A stretch of DNA of 64,000 bases from Candidatus Eremiobacteria bacterium (GCA_963758295.1 CAVWUU010000003.1:32001-96000); one strand, 5' to 3'. Shown: positions 32,306-43,851, numbered from the stretch's first letter. Program-made: numbers and translations. The notes: generated by a model not told the origin, from the letters alone.

Positions 32306-33492
32306 TCGCAATGATTCTAGCGTCGTTGTCGCTCTTCGATGCCGAAAGGGCAGCGGTCGCACACTCGCCGGCGGTCATCGAGGCTAGGGCCAAGGTTACG
32401 GAGATGCAAGCGTTGCTGGGCGTCGTCAAGAGCGGCGGCGCTCCCCACGCCATCGTGAACTACGCTCAGGTGCCCCAAGGCGGCGCGACCGGGACGATCA
32501 CGCAGCGGCTGACCACCGTCGGTGCGCAGATTGCACTAGGCGATATCGCGGCGCGCAACCCCCTTGTCGCGCAGGCAGCGTTCGACGTTCGAAACGCGGC
32601 GGCGCTGGCTTTCGACGCGGAACGCAGCGAGCGCGTGAAGACGATCGGCTTGTACGTCGACGTCCAGCGAACGAGTGAAGTGCGCCGGCTACGCGAAGCA
32701 ATCGTCGCATCAGCGCAAGCCGACGAATCGGCAGCCAAAGTGCGTTATAAAGCGGGCGACGCGCCCCGGCTGGACGTAGTACGCAGCGATGTCGCGCTTG
32801 CGCAAGCGCGCGCGGAGCTTTCGCAGGCTCGCGCTGACGAAATCAATGCCGCAACAACGCTTGGAAATGAACTCGGCGTCGCCGCAAACGACGTGTCGTT
32901 AGAACCGCTGGCGAACGGCGGCCGCTCCTATGCCGGAACCAAGCAAGACGCAATCAATGCAGCGATTGCAGCACGTCCGGAAGTTGCTGCCGCGCGGGCC
33001 GAAGTCCACGCGGAAGAAGCGGCGGTTCGCGCCGCGCACCGGGGCGCGCTGCCCGGAATTACCGCGCAGGCCGGCTACACGGCGGGCCAAGATTCCGGCA
33101 TAAACGTGAAGGGCCCAAGCGCGAACGTCACGCTTGACGTGCCCATCTCCGGCGCGAATGCCGATAAAGTTCGCGCCGAAGAAGCACGGCTCGAGCAGTC
33201 GCGTGCGCGCGTGGACGCCGTAACACGTACGGTGGTAAATGAGGTGGGCACAGCTTACGAAAACCTTCGCGCGAGCCGGGAGGCATTGCAAAGCGCCGGC
33301 GTCGCGCGTGCCGAGGCAGTGCAAGAAATCCAGGCTGCGGAAATCGGGTATCGCAACGGCGCGTCCTCGAGCCTCGATCTTGCGGATGCGCGCCGGACCT
33401 ACGCGCAGGCAGCCGTTCAAGAAGTGACGGCGCGGGCCGCGATGTATGAGGCATCGGAATCTTTTAATCTCGCCGTCGGAGCACAACCGTAG
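32302..33492 (+). CDS. TolC-family outer membrane efflux protein
   Basis: RYKAGDAPRLDV and GYRNGASSSLDL OEP repeats. Confidence 0.85.
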   Translation: MIAMILASLSLFDAERAAVAHSPAVIEARAKVTEMQALLGVVKSGGAPHAIVNYAQVPQGGATGTITQRLTTVGAQIALGDIAARNPLVAQAAFDVRNAAALAFDAERSERVKTIGLYVDVQRTSEVRRLREAIVASAQADESAAKVRYKAGDAPRLDVVRSDVALAQARAELSQARADEINAATTLGNELGVAANDVSLEPLANGGRSYAGTKQDAINAAIAARPEVAAARAEVHAEEAAVRAAHRGALPGITAQAGYTAGQDSGINVKGPSANVTLDVPISGANADKVRAEEARLEQSRARVDAVTRTVVNEVGTAYENLRASREALQSAGVARAEAVQEIQAAEIGYRNGASSSLDLADARRTYAQAAVQEVTARAAMYEASESFNLAVGAQP

Positions 33493-33494
33493 CA

Positions 33495-34646
33495 ATGAAC
33501 CTTCGCAGAGTTACAGCATGCGCCGCCGCCTTAGCGCTTTCAGCATGCGCGTCCAAGACTTCGGGCGATACCGCGCAAGCGCAGCCCCCGCAGGTTGCCA
33601 CCGCGCCGGTTACCTTCGGCGCGATTGCCGTCACAGTACCTGCGGTGGGACGCGTCGGATCTGCGGCCGCGTCGGAAACGAAGTTGGCGTTTGCAACGGC
33701 AGGCCGCATTGGAAACGTAAGCGTTCACATGGGCGACCGCGTCAGCGCCGGAGAGGCGCTGGCATCGCTTGACGCGCAGCCGTTGGCCTTGAATGCGCAA
33801 CAGGCGAACGCGGACGCGCAAGCAGCCGCGGCGCAGGCCAATGCCGCGGCGGTGGACCGGACGTCCACGAGGCTCGCGGTCGACGAAGCCGCCGTAGCTC
33901 GCGCGCAACGGCTCTATAGCGCCGGAGTCACGGCGCGCAAAGATATTGAAGCGGCAGAGGCGCAAGTCGCAGCTGACCGCGCCGATGCGCAAACGGCGAA
34001 AGCATCGCTTGAGGCCGCGCGCGCGTCGAGCACGAGCGCTCAAGCGAAATCCGCGCTTGCACAGCGCGATCTCTCAAATGCCACGTTGCGTTCGCCGATC
34101 GAGGGCGTCGTGACTGCGGTTTATCATCTCGCCGGCGAGTCGGTCGACCCCACCGTCGCCGTCGTTGCCATAGCTCCCGGCTCGAATTCGCAAGTGGCAT
34201 TGCAGGTCGCCGGCAGCGACGCCGCCCGCGTACATGCGGGCGACGACGTGCGCTTGAGCGTTCCAAACACCGGAGAGCGGATCGACGGACGCGTTGCGGG
34301 CGTTGCCGGCGCGGTCGATCCGACCACGCAAAGCGCGCAAGTTTTGGTCAATGCCGCCGTGCCGTCGGTCCTAGCGGGCAGCGCGCTCGACGCGCAGATC
34401 GTCGTGGCGCACGATCGGGGTTTGCTCGTACCGAAAAGTGCCGTGATCGCCGATCCTGCTACCGGCAAGACGCTGGTTTTTGTCGAGGGCAAAGATAAAG
34501 ACGGCAATGCGAAGTTCCAGGAACGAGACGTTCGCGTTACTTTCGAGAACGATAGAATGGCTGAAGTCACCGGCGTTCGGCGCGGCGAGAAAGTCGCGGC
34601 TACCGGCGCATTCGAACTGCTGCCCGCCGCGGGTGGCGGCGACTAA
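33495..34646 (+). CDS. RND periplasmic adaptor (MFP) lipoprotein
   Basis: Lipobox LSAC, GDRVSAGEALA, LRSPIEGVV, LLVPKSAV. Confidence 0.88.
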   Translation: MNLRRVTACAAALALSACASKTSGDTAQAQPPQVATAPVTFGAIAVTVPAVGRVGSAAASETKLAFATAGRIGNVSVHMGDRVSAGEALASLDAQPLALNAQQANADAQAAAAQANAAAVDRTSTRLAVDEAAVARAQRLYSAGVTARKDIEAAEAQVAADRADAQTAKASLEAARASSTSAQAKSALAQRDLSNATLRSPIEGVVTAVYHLAGESVDPTVAVVAIAPGSNSQVALQVAGSDAARVHAGDDVRLSVPNTGERIDGRVAGVAGAVDPTTQSAQVLVNAAVPSVLAGSALDAQIVVAHDRGLLVPKSAVIADPATGKTLVFVEGKDKDGNAKFQERDVRVTFENDRMAEVTGVRRGEKVAATGAFELLPAAGGGD

Positions 34647-34655
34647 GCAGCTTCG

Positions 34656-35282
34656 TTATTCGATCGGCCAAACGAGAAAAACGATGCCGACGACGGCAAT
34701 GAGCGCTCCGCTCAGAACTTCGCCGTAGCGTTCCAGCTTTCCAAACGACAGGCGCGAAAGTGCCTCGCTCGAGTACACGCAAAGGACGGCGTACGTTAAA
34801 ATCGTGCTTGCAGCGAAAAGCAACGCCATGACGGCAAGAACGCCCGCGCCGAGCTTCGATGCGGCGAAAAATGCCGGAATGCCTTCGACCATCGGAGACG
34901 ATCCAAGGATCAACAGCAACGCCGTGCGCTCTTGATTCACGGGCGGCGCGTCATGCGGATGGTCGTGTCCAGGTTGCATTTCGCGCCAAGACGAGATTGC
35001 AATCCATCCGCCGAAGCCGATGAGCGCAAAGCTCGAAGCAATGGAAACCGCGTGCCCGAATCGCGCCGCAAATGCAGCGCCTGCAATCCAAACCAGCACG
35101 CCGATCGCGAGGGTCGAAAGGGTGTGGCCGATGCCCGCACCTGCTGCAGCGCGCGCCGTTTGCACCTTGGTCCAGCCACGCTGACGCGCGATTAGAGCGA
35201 TAGGGACCCAGTGATCGGGGACCATGGTATGCAGCACGCCGACCGCCACGACGGCCGCGAAAAGAAGAAGTGCTTGGGACAT
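34656..35282 (-). CDS. putative Ni/Co transporter-like membrane protein
   Basis: LHTMVPDHW, GHTLST, HDHPHD loop, SPMVEGIP. Confidence 0.65.
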   Translation of the reverse strand: MSQALLLFAAVVAVGVLHTMVPDHWVPIALIARQRGWTKVQTARAAAGAGIGHTLSTLAIGVLVWIAGAAFAARFGHAVSIASSFALIGFGGWIAISSWREMQPGHDHPHDAPPVNQERTALLLILGSSPMVEGIPAFFAASKLGAGVLAVMALLFAASTILTYAVLCVYSSEALSRLSFGKLERYGEVLSGALIAVVGIVFLVWPIE

Positions 35283-35308
35283 CTACGCGGTGTTCGCCGT
35301 TCGATGCT

Positions 35309-36532
35309 TCAATGCCAGCGAATGAAGGCGATGGCCGAGAGGGTGACGATTCCGGTAACGACCCAGCCGGCCCATGTGAGAGCCGGACGGACGCGGTTGT
35401 CGCCCATCAGCGTTTTGTCCCGGCCGAGCATCAGCAAAAGTACGAGGGTGATCGGCGTGGCGAAGCCTGCCGCGATCGATGCCGAGAACAGCAGCGAAAT
35501 TGGTTCGATTCCAACGAACGTTATCGCCGTGCCGGTGGCCATGGCGATGAAAAGCGTCGCGTAATAACGCCGCGCTTTCAGCGGCTGTTTGTCGAGCGAG
35601 CCGCTCCAACGAAACGTCGAAGCAACGGCGTTTGCGGTGCCTGCCGCGATAACCGGCAGCGCGAGCAGTGCCGAGCCGAGCAGCCCGATTCCAAAAACGA
35701 TCGACGCCCACTTTCCCGCAACCGGTGTAAGGGCTTGCGCGGCATCTTGCGCGGTTTGCACCTGATGGTGATGCACGCCGAGGGTCGCAGCCGTACCGAT
35801 CATGATGAACCACAAGACGGCGCCCGTCAAAAGCGTTCCCGGGAGCGCGGAGACCTGCACCGCCGCGATTGCAATCTGTGGAGGCGCTTCGGCCGCTACT
35901 TCGATCGTTTGCCAATAGTAGGAATACACCGTCAGGGTGGTTCCGATGAGGGCGACGATGGTCGACACGTAGAGCTTGCTGCCGGAGAAATGCGGAACGA
36001 AGCCGGCCGCAACTTCATGCCAGTTCGGATGAGCCAGAAACGCCGTAGCTATGTAGGCGACGAACGCGAGCGGCAGAACGATCAGCACTCGCCGAATCTT
36101 GTCCATCGTTCCGAATGAAAGCAAGAGTCCGACGACAAGCGAGATCGGCACGAGCCACCATTTATAGTCGGTGCCCGTTACGAGATGCATGGCCGCGGCA
36201 CCGGCGCTCAAATCCGCGGAATACGTAATTAAATTGACGGCGCCGATGCATAAGAGCGAAATTGCGGCAACAAATGGACCGTAGCGCCGGCGGATCGACG
36301 ACTGCATGCCTTCGCGGGCCACCGCCGCGACTTTCGTGCCGATCGCTTGCACGATGGTGAACATCGGCACGATGAGCACCAGCAGCCATTCGAGTCCGTA
36401 GACGATGGAAGCGCCCGCGATGGCGAGCGTCGCGACTGTGGTTGGATCGTTATCCGCAGCGGCCGAGACGATGCCCGAAATGAAAGACTGCTTGGAGGCC
36501 TCGACGACCTCTTGCTCCTCTTCGGCGGTCAT
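35309..36532 (-). CDS. NRAMP-family divalent metal transporter
   Basis: AADNDPTTVAT, GTTLTVY; about 11 TM. Confidence 0.85.
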   Translation of the reverse strand: MTAEEEQEVVEASKQSFISGIVSAAADNDPTTVATLAIAGASIVYGLEWLLVLIVPMFTIVQAIGTKVAAVAREGMQSSIRRRYGPFVAAISLLCIGAVNLITYSADLSAGAAAMHLVTGTDYKWWLVPISLVVGLLLSFGTMDKIRRVLIVLPLAFVAYIATAFLAHPNWHEVAAGFVPHFSGSKLYVSTIVALIGTTLTVYSYYWQTIEVAAEAPPQIAIAAVQVSALPGTLLTGAVLWFIMIGTAATLGVHHHQVQTAQDAAQALTPVAGKWASIVFGIGLLGSALLALPVIAAGTANAVASTFRWSGSLDKQPLKARRYYATLFIAMATGTAITFVGIEPISLLFSASIAAGFATPITLVLLLMLGRDKTLMGDNRVRPALTWAGWVVTGIVTLSAIAFIRWH

Positions 36533-36542
36533 CGTGACGCCG

Positions 36543-37187
36543 CTAGAGCGACAGGATCTCCTTGACGTGGAACACGTGGAAGAAGAGAATCGTGGACCCG
36601 GTGCCAAGCAACGCGCCGGCAATAACCTGCATCACCGTGTGGGCTTTCAAGTAAACCCGCGCCCAGCCGACCATTGGAATCAACACGAGAAACGGCAGGG
36701 TCACGTTGCCGTAGAGCAGCGTCAGCACGACGAGCGGCGCCGTGATGCCGAGCGCATGCGTGCTTATTTTCCAATACCGCGTGATGTACTGAACGACGAG
36801 GGTGGAGACGGTGTACGCGGCGAGCGATGCGATCATCAACCGGGGAGCATGTGCAATCCACATCCCAATCGTTCCCAGTAAATAAAAGACGACAAACGCT
36901 CCGAAGACTGCCTCCCGTTCATGCCGCACCGACATATCGAGATCCGAGATGCGGTCGGTCCCGTAGAGCCAAAAGACGTAGAGCATCGGGCCGAGCGACG
37001 TGAAAAACGTCGAAAGGAGCAGCAGCCACCAAAAATCCACGGTATTTCGAGCCGTCGCATGTGCGAGAATGATGAAGAGCGCGAGTGCCGTCAGAAACGG
37101 ATTAAAGACCGTCGATAAGATGCGCGCCAGATCGCGCCATGCACGGCGGTTCTTGGTTGGCGCGATCTCGATGATTGGATCGTGCAT
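36543..37187 (-). CDS. PAP2-family membrane phosphatase
   Basis: WKISTH...WARVYLKAHTVMQVIAG. Confidence 0.8.
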   Translation of the reverse strand: MHDPIIEIAPTKNRRAWRDLARILSTVFNPFLTALALFIILAHATARNTVDFWWLLLLSTFFTSLGPMLYVFWLYGTDRISDLDMSVRHEREAVFGAFVVFYLLGTIGMWIAHAPRLMIASLAAYTVSTLVVQYITRYWKISTHALGITAPLVVLTLLYGNVTLPFLVLIPMVGWARVYLKAHTVMQVIAGALLGTGSTILFFHVFHVKEILSL

Positions 37188-37272
37188 GCAACGCGTATCT
37201 TGCCGTGGGGGACGCAACGCTTCCTTCCCCGATCCTTACATCCAAAATAACGAGCGCTTAACATGCGCCCGC

Positions 37273-38163
37273 TCAGTGGGGCGCGGCTGCGTACGAGCCG
37301 TGCTCCAGATCTTCGAGAGCCGACGGCGCCTTAGGCAGCCACTGGAGATCCACGCGTGCTTTCGCGGCCGTCGCCAACTGATCCAGCGCAAGCGCATCGG
37401 CGAAAATCCCCAGTGTTTTACGCGCTTCCTCAACCGGCACATGAGTTACGGCGCCGTGTTTTCCTGCGCCGCGGCTCGCTGCTTCCGCCATGGCTTGCAC
37501 GGTGAATTGCGAATCATCGACGGCAATATACGCGGATCCGGGGGCCGCGTGTTCGAGCGCCTGCGCGTAAAACGCCGCCAAATCCTCGACGTGAATCATC
37601 GGCCAGTGGTTTGCGCCGTCACCAATGATGCGGGCAGCGCCATCATCGCGCGCCGATTGAACCCACATAGCCGGCATTCCGCCGCCACGCCCGAAGACGT
37701 CGCCGGGACGTACGACGATTCCGTGCAACCCTTCACGAGTCGCATCGAAGACGATCTTTTCGAGCGCCGGCCGGTTTGCAACGATCGGCGGCGGCGCCTC
37801 GGGCGACGATTCATTTGCGACGTGCGGATAAGTGTTGCCGTAAAGCCAAACGCCGCTCGTGTAAAGCAGACGCGCTTGCCGGGGCGCGAGGACCTTTACA
37901 AGCGCATTCAATGCGGCCGATTCGGCGGCAAAAGCGTTTTCGCCGCTGAATGCTACCGCATAAACGACGGCGTCGGCCGCGGCGGCGGCGGATATCAGCG
38001 ATGCAGGATCGGAAACGTCTGCGTGAACGGGACGAACGGCCGAAGGCGGTTGACCGCTGCTCGCGCTTCGAACCGTTCCCGTAACGTCATGGCCGCGTCG
38101 CAAAAGCTCTTCGGAAACGGCGCGTCCGATATAGCCGGTAGAACCAATTACCAAAACCTTCAT
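37273..38163 (-). CDS. NAD-dependent epimerase/dehydratase
   Basis: GSTGYIG, YTSGVWLYG, HVEDLA. Confidence 0.88.
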   Translation of the reverse strand: MKVLVIGSTGYIGRAVSEELLRRGHDVTGTVRSASSGQPPSAVRPVHADVSDPASLISAAAAADAVVYAVAFSGENAFAAESAALNALVKVLAPRQARLLYTSGVWLYGNTYPHVANESSPEAPPPIVANRPALEKIVFDATREGLHGIVVRPGDVFGRGGGMPAMWVQSARDDGAARIIGDGANHWPMIHVEDLAAFYAQALEHAAPGSAYIAVDDSQFTVQAMAEAASRGAGKHGAVTHVPVEEARKTLGIFADALALDQLATAAKARVDLQWLPKAPSALEDLEHGSYAAAPH

Positions 38164-38279
38164 GGCGCCCAAAACAGCCGGAGCAGCGCGAGCGTTCCAC
38201 CCCGAACGGAAAGGGTTGCCCTTGCAAGCGCGCCCCCGAGCGGGCATGACGGACCAAGCAGCGAATAAGGTGCGCTTCC

Positions 38280-40219
38280 ATGGTCATCGAAAGAGTGAAC
38301 TCCCCCGCCGATGTGAAGGCCCTCTCGCGCGAAGAACTCGACGTTCTCGCTCGCGAGATTCGCGATATGCTGGTCGTCACGTGTTCGCGCAACGGCGGAC
38401 ACTTGGCTCCGAACTTGGGCGTTGTCGAGCTTACGATTGCGTTGCACCGTATCCTCGATCTACCGAGCGACAAGCTGGTGTGGGACGTGAGCCATCAGGC
38501 CTACGTCCATAAAATTTTGACGGGCCGGCGCGACCGCTTTCACACGTTGCGCAAAGGCGGCGGCATTTCGGGCTTCGCGATGCGGAGCGAGTCGGAATAC
38601 GACATGTTTGGGGCCGGACACGCTTCCACGAGCGTCTCTTCAGCGCTCGGCATGGCAATTGCACGCGATCTGGCCGGACGCGAGGAAACGGTCGTTGCCG
38701 TTCTCGGCGACGGCGCGCTCACAGGCGGGCTTGCATACGAGGCGCTCAATAACGCCGGACAGCTGCACAGCAACTTCATCGTCATTCTCAACGACAACGA
38801 AATGTCGATCGCGCCCAACGTCGGCTCCATTGCGTCGTATCTTTCGGTATTACGCAGTAAGCCGCTTGCGAATTTCGTCCGCGAACGCGCGAAAGACGTG
38901 TTCCATCACATGCCGCTCGGCGGCGCGGCGCGCAAGGCTTTTGCCAGCGCCGAGATGGCGGCAATGCGCTTTGTATCGCCAACCGAAAAGACGGCCGTCA
39001 TTTTCGAAGAGCTCGGATTCCGCTACATGGGTCCGTTCGACGGTCACAACCTCGACGTCATGATCGACGCGTTGGAAACGGCGAAGGCGCTGGACGGCCC
39101 CGTACTCTTACACGTTCGCACGAAGAAGGGCAAGGGTTATGAGCCGGCCGAGCGCGATTCCCGCACGTTCCACGGCGTGGCGGTGCTTTCGACGTCGAAA
39201 ACGGCAAGCTCGAGGTAAAGCCGGATGCGCGCCCGACGTACTCCGACGTTTTTGCTGAAGCGTTAAATACCGTCGCCGAAAAAGACAAGCGTGTGATCGG
39301 CATAACCGCGGCAATGCCGGACGGTACGAAACTCTCGAAATTCGCCAAGAAGTTCCCCGAGCGGTTTTTTGACGTCGGGATCGCCGAAGCGCACGCGGTA
39401 TGCTTTGCCGCCGGTGCCGCCGCAACCGGACTGAAGCCGGTTTGCGCCATCTACTCGACCTTCTTGCAACGCGCGTACGATCAAGTCGTGCACGACGTTT
39501 GCGTGCAAAATCTTCCCGTAGTGTTTTGCATGGACCGCGCGGGACTCGTTGGTGACGACGGTCCGACGCATATGGGCCTCTACGACATCGCCTACATGCG
39601 CACGCTTCCGAATATGACGGTCATGGCGCCGCGCAACGAAGAAGAGATGTTGCCGATGCTGGAGCATGCGCTCAGCTTGAATGCGCCGGCAGCGATTCGT
39701 TATCCGCGCGGATCTTCCGGCGGACGCCATCGCGATACCGTCGCGCCCATCGTGCAAGGGAAAGCAGAAGTGCTTCGTGGCGGAAGCGGCGTGGCGATCT
39801 TGGCCCTCGGGAGCACGGTCGACATCGCGCTCGATGCCTACGACTTGCTCGCGAGCGGCGAGTTCGGACGTTCGGACCGTTTGCCGACCGTCGTGAACGC
39901 CCGTTTTGCCAAGCCGGTCGACGCGGCGTTAATCGAAGCGCTGAGCCGGGATCATTCGTTGATCTTGACGCTGGAAGAACATTCTCTCGCAGGCGGCTTC
40001 GGATCGGCGGTGGTAGAGGCCGCGTCGGACGCGCAATGGCCGGTCAAGATCGAGCGGGTGGGTATCGGCGACGTGCTCGTGCAGCACGATTCGCAGCCCG
40101 GCCAACGGGCGCTCTTCGGCCTTACGCCCCAAAAGATTGCCGAACGCGTCGCCGGCGTGCTTGGCGAGAACGACACCCCCGTGATACAATCCCGGGCGAT
40201 TTTTAGACAGGAGAACTAG
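38280..40219 (+). CDS. dxs: 1-deoxy-D-xylulose-5-phosphate synthase, frameshift near 39180
   Basis: GGHLAPNLGVVELT, GDGALTGGLAYEALNN, DVGIAEAHAV, DRAGLVGDDGPTH. Confidence 0.95.
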
Positions 40220-40223
40220 CTCG

Positions 40224-40607
40224 TTGAACCCCATCCAAGTGGCCGCCGCGGCGACTCAGGCACCCGCGGTGCAAGTTACCACTGTGCCGAATCCGCATCC
40301 AACTCCTATCGTTATCCAAGCACCTGCCCCGGTTCAGCCGGCGACGCAGTTGACGTGGTTCCAGGCACACGCGGGCTGGCTGACCCATAGCATCGCGGCG
40401 ATTTTCATTCTCGCAGCGATCGCGCTAGTCGTTCTGCTGGCCTTCCAAACGACCAAACAAGAGGGGCTCTCGGGCTCGATCGGCGGCCGGGTTGAATCGG
40501 CTTACCGCGGACGGCTCGGAGCGGAAGAACAACTCAAGCGGCTAACGGGAATCATTGCCGTTACGTTTGTTGTAACAGCGTTCATTCTCTCCATAACCGG
40601 AATCTAA
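40224..40607 (+). CDS. secG: preprotein translocase subunit SecG with N-terminal extension
   Basis: LVVLLAFQTTKQEGLSGSIGG...GAEEQLKRLTGIIAVTF. Confidence 0.8.
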   Translation: MNPIQVAAAATQAPAVQVTTVPNPHPTPIVIQAPAPVQPATQLTWFQAHAGWLTHSIAAIFILAAIALVVLLAFQTTKQEGLSGSIGGRVESAYRGRLGAEEQLKRLTGIIAVTFVVTAFILSITGI

Positions 40608-40610
40608 AGG

Positions 40611-41640
40611 TTGGCACCACTTCTCGAGGTCAAAAATCTCCGTACGTCGTTTCGTACGGAAGATGGTCTCGTAACCGCGGTAAGCGGTTTGTCCTTCGCG
40701 CTCGGAGCCGGCGAAACGCTCGGCATCGTCGGTGAATCCGGCTCCGGCAAATCCGTCACGTCGCTTTCGATAATGCGCCTCCTGGCGCGTAACGCCGCCG
40801 TTTCGGCCGACGGCATTTACTTCAACGGCGAGGACCTCTTGAAGAAGAGCGAAGCCGAGATGCGAAAGATTCGCGGTCATAAGATCGCGATGATCTTTCA
40901 AGATCCGATGACGAGTTTGAACCCGGTGCTAACCGTGGGGCAGCAGATCTCGGAAGCAGTACGGCTTCACCTGGGTTACAACAAAAAGGACGCGCGCGAC
41001 AAGGCGATCGAGATGCTGAAGAAGGTTCGCATCCCGTCGCCGGAGGGCCGCCTTAACGACTATCCGCACCAGTTCTCGGGTGGTATGCGCCAGCGCGTAA
41101 TGATCGCGATGGCGCTTTCTTGTAATCCGCAGCTGCTGATCGCCGACGAACCCACCACGGCCCTCGACGTGACGATTCAGGCGCAAATTCTCGAGCTGAT
41201 GAACGAAATGCAGCGCGAAACGGGCGCCGCCATCGTGCTGATTACGCACGACCTCGGTGTGGTTGCCGAAGTGTGCAAGAACGTGCTCGTGATGTACGGC
41301 GGAAACATGGTAGAGTACGGCAGCGCTAAACAAATCTTCAAAGATCCGCGCATGCCGTACACGCAAGGATTGCTCTCTTCGCTGCCGCGTCTAGACGATG
41401 CGCATAGGCGCGCTCGAGCCGATCAAAGGCCAGCCGCCGAACTTGCTCAACATGCCGCCGGGCTGCGCATTCGCGCCGCGTTGCGCGTACCGCATGCCGA
41501 TCTGCTCCGAGCCGGTCCCGTTGTATGATTTTGGTGCCGGTCACGTGGCGCGTTGCTTTCTTTACGACGACCGCGCGAAGGAGCAGCGCCCGGTCGACGC
41601 GCCGGTCGCGCCCATCATCGCGCCGGGAGCGTCCGAATGA
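40611..41640 (+). CDS. oppD: oligopeptide ABC transporter ATPase, frameshift near 41405
   Basis: [21 protein letters not shown]-terminal GCAFAPRC in second frame. Confidence 0.9.
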
Positions 41641-42683
41641 CGAACGTCCCAACGGATGGCGCACTGGTCGAGGTTCGCAACCTCTACAAGTATTTTCCGA
41701 TTCATGCCGGACTGTTTTCGCGCCACATCGGCGACGTGCGCGCGGTGGACGGCGTCGACTTTCACATTTCGCAGGGCGAAACGCTCGGGCTCGTAGGTGA
41801 ATCCGGTTCCGGAAAGACGACCATTGGGCGGCTGATCTTACGGCTCCTCAAGGAGACGCAGGGCGAAATTTTCTTCGGTGGCCAAGAAATCACGAAGCTA
41901 TCGAACGCTGAAGTCCGCAAGCTGCGCCGGGAAATTCAGATCATTTTTCAAGATCCGTTCGCAAGTTTGAATCCGCGTATGACCGTCGGCGACATCGTCG
42001 GCGAGCCGCTGCAGATTCACGGCATCGCGCGGGGCAAAGCCGCAAGCGATCGCGTTCGCGAACTGCTGCGCCTTGTCGGGTTACAGCCGTACCACGCCAA
42101 CCGCTATCCGCACGAGTTTTCCGGCGGCCAGCGCCAGCGCATCGGTATCGCGCGCGCCCTGGCGGTCGATCCGAAATTCATCGTTTGTGACGAACCGGTC
42201 TCGGCGCTCGACGTGTCGATTCAAGCGCAGGTGATCAATCTGCTCGAGGATTTGCAGTCACAGCTCGGACTGACGTACTTGTTCATCGCGCACGACCTCT
42301 CGGTCGTTCGACACATCTCGACCCGCGTAGCCGTGATGTACGTCGGCAAAATCGTCGAGCTCGCCGATCGCGACGCGCTCTACGAAAATCCGCTGCACCC
42401 GTATACCCAGGCGCTCCTTTCGGCGATTCCGATTCCCGATCCCAGCGTGGAAGAGCGTCGCGAACGCATCGTCCTGACAGGCGACATCCCGTCGCCGGTG
42501 GCACCGCCGCCGGGCTGCCGCTTCCACACGCGTTGCCCGGTCGCGTTCGAGCGTTGCAAGGTCGAAGTGCCGGCGTTCAACGATTACGGCAGCGGACATT
42601 TCGCCGCGTGCCACTGGGTGGAAGAACATGGCGGAAGAGCGCCGGACATTACGAAGGGCCCGGCCGTCATCCCGATATCCTAA
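41637..42683 (+). CDS. oppF: oligopeptide ABC transporter ATPase
   Basis: [30 protein letters not shown]. Confidence 0.9.
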   Translation: MTNVPTDGALVEVRNLYKYFPIHAGLFSRHIGDVRAVDGVDFHISQGETLGLVGESGSGKTTIGRLILRLLKETQGEIFFGGQEITKLSNAEVRKLRREIQIIFQDPFASLNPRMTVGDIVGEPLQIHGIARGKAASDRVRELLRLVGLQPYHANRYPHEFSGGQRQRIGIARALAVDPKFIVCDEPVSALDVSIQAQVINLLEDLQSQLGLTYLFIAHDLSVVRHISTRVAVMYVGKIVELADRDALYENPLHPYTQALLSAIPIPDPSVEERRERIVLTGDIPSPVAPPPGCRFHTRCPVAFERCKVEVPAFNDYGSGHFAACHWVEEHGGRAPDITKGPAVIPIS

Positions 42684-43119
42684 TACCGGGAAGTGAAAAC
42701 CGCCTCGTTATCGAGACGGCTTTCGTCGTTTACTCCCCAGATGGAACATCATGTGGGAGATCGCCGAAGGGTGTAGTTTCTTCGTTCTCCATGACTCCAT
42801 CGTATCCAAATGAGCGTTAACGAAACCTCATTAGGACTTTAAGCCCCACGTGACGGAGCCTTGCTACGAGTGGCTCACGATCGTCGCGCTTGGATGCGAT
42901 GAAGCCGCGGCATCGTCATAACGACCGGCGATCTCACCAAATGCGCGTCAACGGCATCGAAGCAGCGGGTCTGCTTGCCTTTGTCGACCGTAAAACGGAA
43001 AGAGCCATAGCTCCAGTGTTTGTCCGCAATCGGACTGCGAACGTGCAATGCCGTTTTGCTGTATCGGGCGTCGGGTATTGCCGTAGCGCATCCCAAGCCG
43101 ATGTAGAGGTCTCCACGAA

Positions 43120-43677
43120 ATGCAAAACGACATGAATTCATTGCCCACTCGCGGCAACGATGCCGTTGAAATTCTAGTAAACGATCACCAGACCATCAAG
43201 AGCCTGCTCAGTGCGCTCACTTCGGATTCGTTTCAACAGCAACAAGCGACGTTGGAAAGCTTGAAAGCTGCCCTGACGATCCACAACGCGACCGAAGAGA
43301 ACCTTGTCTATCCCGCATTACGCGAGGTCGCCGGAAAGAAATCAGAGTCGCAACACCTTTATCAGGAGACGGCCGAAGCCGACGTACTGGTCTTCCAGCT
43401 CGACACGATGATCAAAACCGGGAATATCGACGAATTCCAAACCACGGCGAAAAAACTGCAGAAGGCCGTGCTCGAACACATTGAAGATGAAGAGCAGAAA
43501 GCTTTTCCGGCGCTGCAACAACGCGCCGATGGAAGCCAAGCCCGGATGCTCACCGACGCGGTTCGGCAATTCCGCGGCTCGCTTCACATGAAGGGCCAAA
43601 TGCCCTCCACGCAGGGCCGCATGGAAACCGGAGAAATCGCCGACACGAAGACGCAGCAAGGCTCAAGGATGAAGTGA
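43120..43677 (+). CDS. hemerythrin/HHE cation-binding domain protein
   Basis: DH...HNATEENLVYP...HIEDEEQKAFP. Confidence 0.8.
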   Translation: MQNDMNSLPTRGNDAVEILVNDHQTIKSLLSALTSDSFQQQQATLESLKAALTIHNATEENLVYPALREVAGKKSESQHLYQETAEADVLVFQLDTMIKTGNIDEFQTTAKKLQKAVLEHIEDEEQKAFPALQQRADGSQARMLTDAVRQFRGSLHMKGQMPSTQGRMETGEIADTKTQQGSRMK

Positions 43678-43713
43678 CCGATTCTTAGTCGGATGCTCTT
43701 TAACCGAAAAATG

Positions 43714-43744
43714 GCTCTCCGGTTTTTCGACCGGGGAGCTTTTT
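43714..43744 (+). terminator. intrinsic terminator
   Basis: GCTCTCCGGT...ACCGGGGAGC followed by TTTTT. Confidence 0.75.
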
Positions 43745-43824
43745 ATCTCCAAACGCCGTTCGTGGAAGCATCCAAGTCCCACTTCGCCCGTCCCTAAAAG
43801 CCCAACGTCGCTTTACACGTTGCT

Positions 43825-43851
43825 AAATCCATACGAAGTCCCGCGCCGTTG
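43825..43851 (+). promoter_or_regulatory. ECF-type promoter copy 1
   Basis: AAATCC-N16-CGTTG upstream of first DUF4331 gene. Confidence 0.65.

Noticed and set aside
42750..42840. Glycine-riboswitch-like words (GGAGA..GCCGAAGG) and a 20-codon minus-strand ORF (MENEETTPFGDLPHDVPSGE)
   Set aside because: Required helices and the CTCTCAGG motif are absent; the ORF is too short to support without homologs
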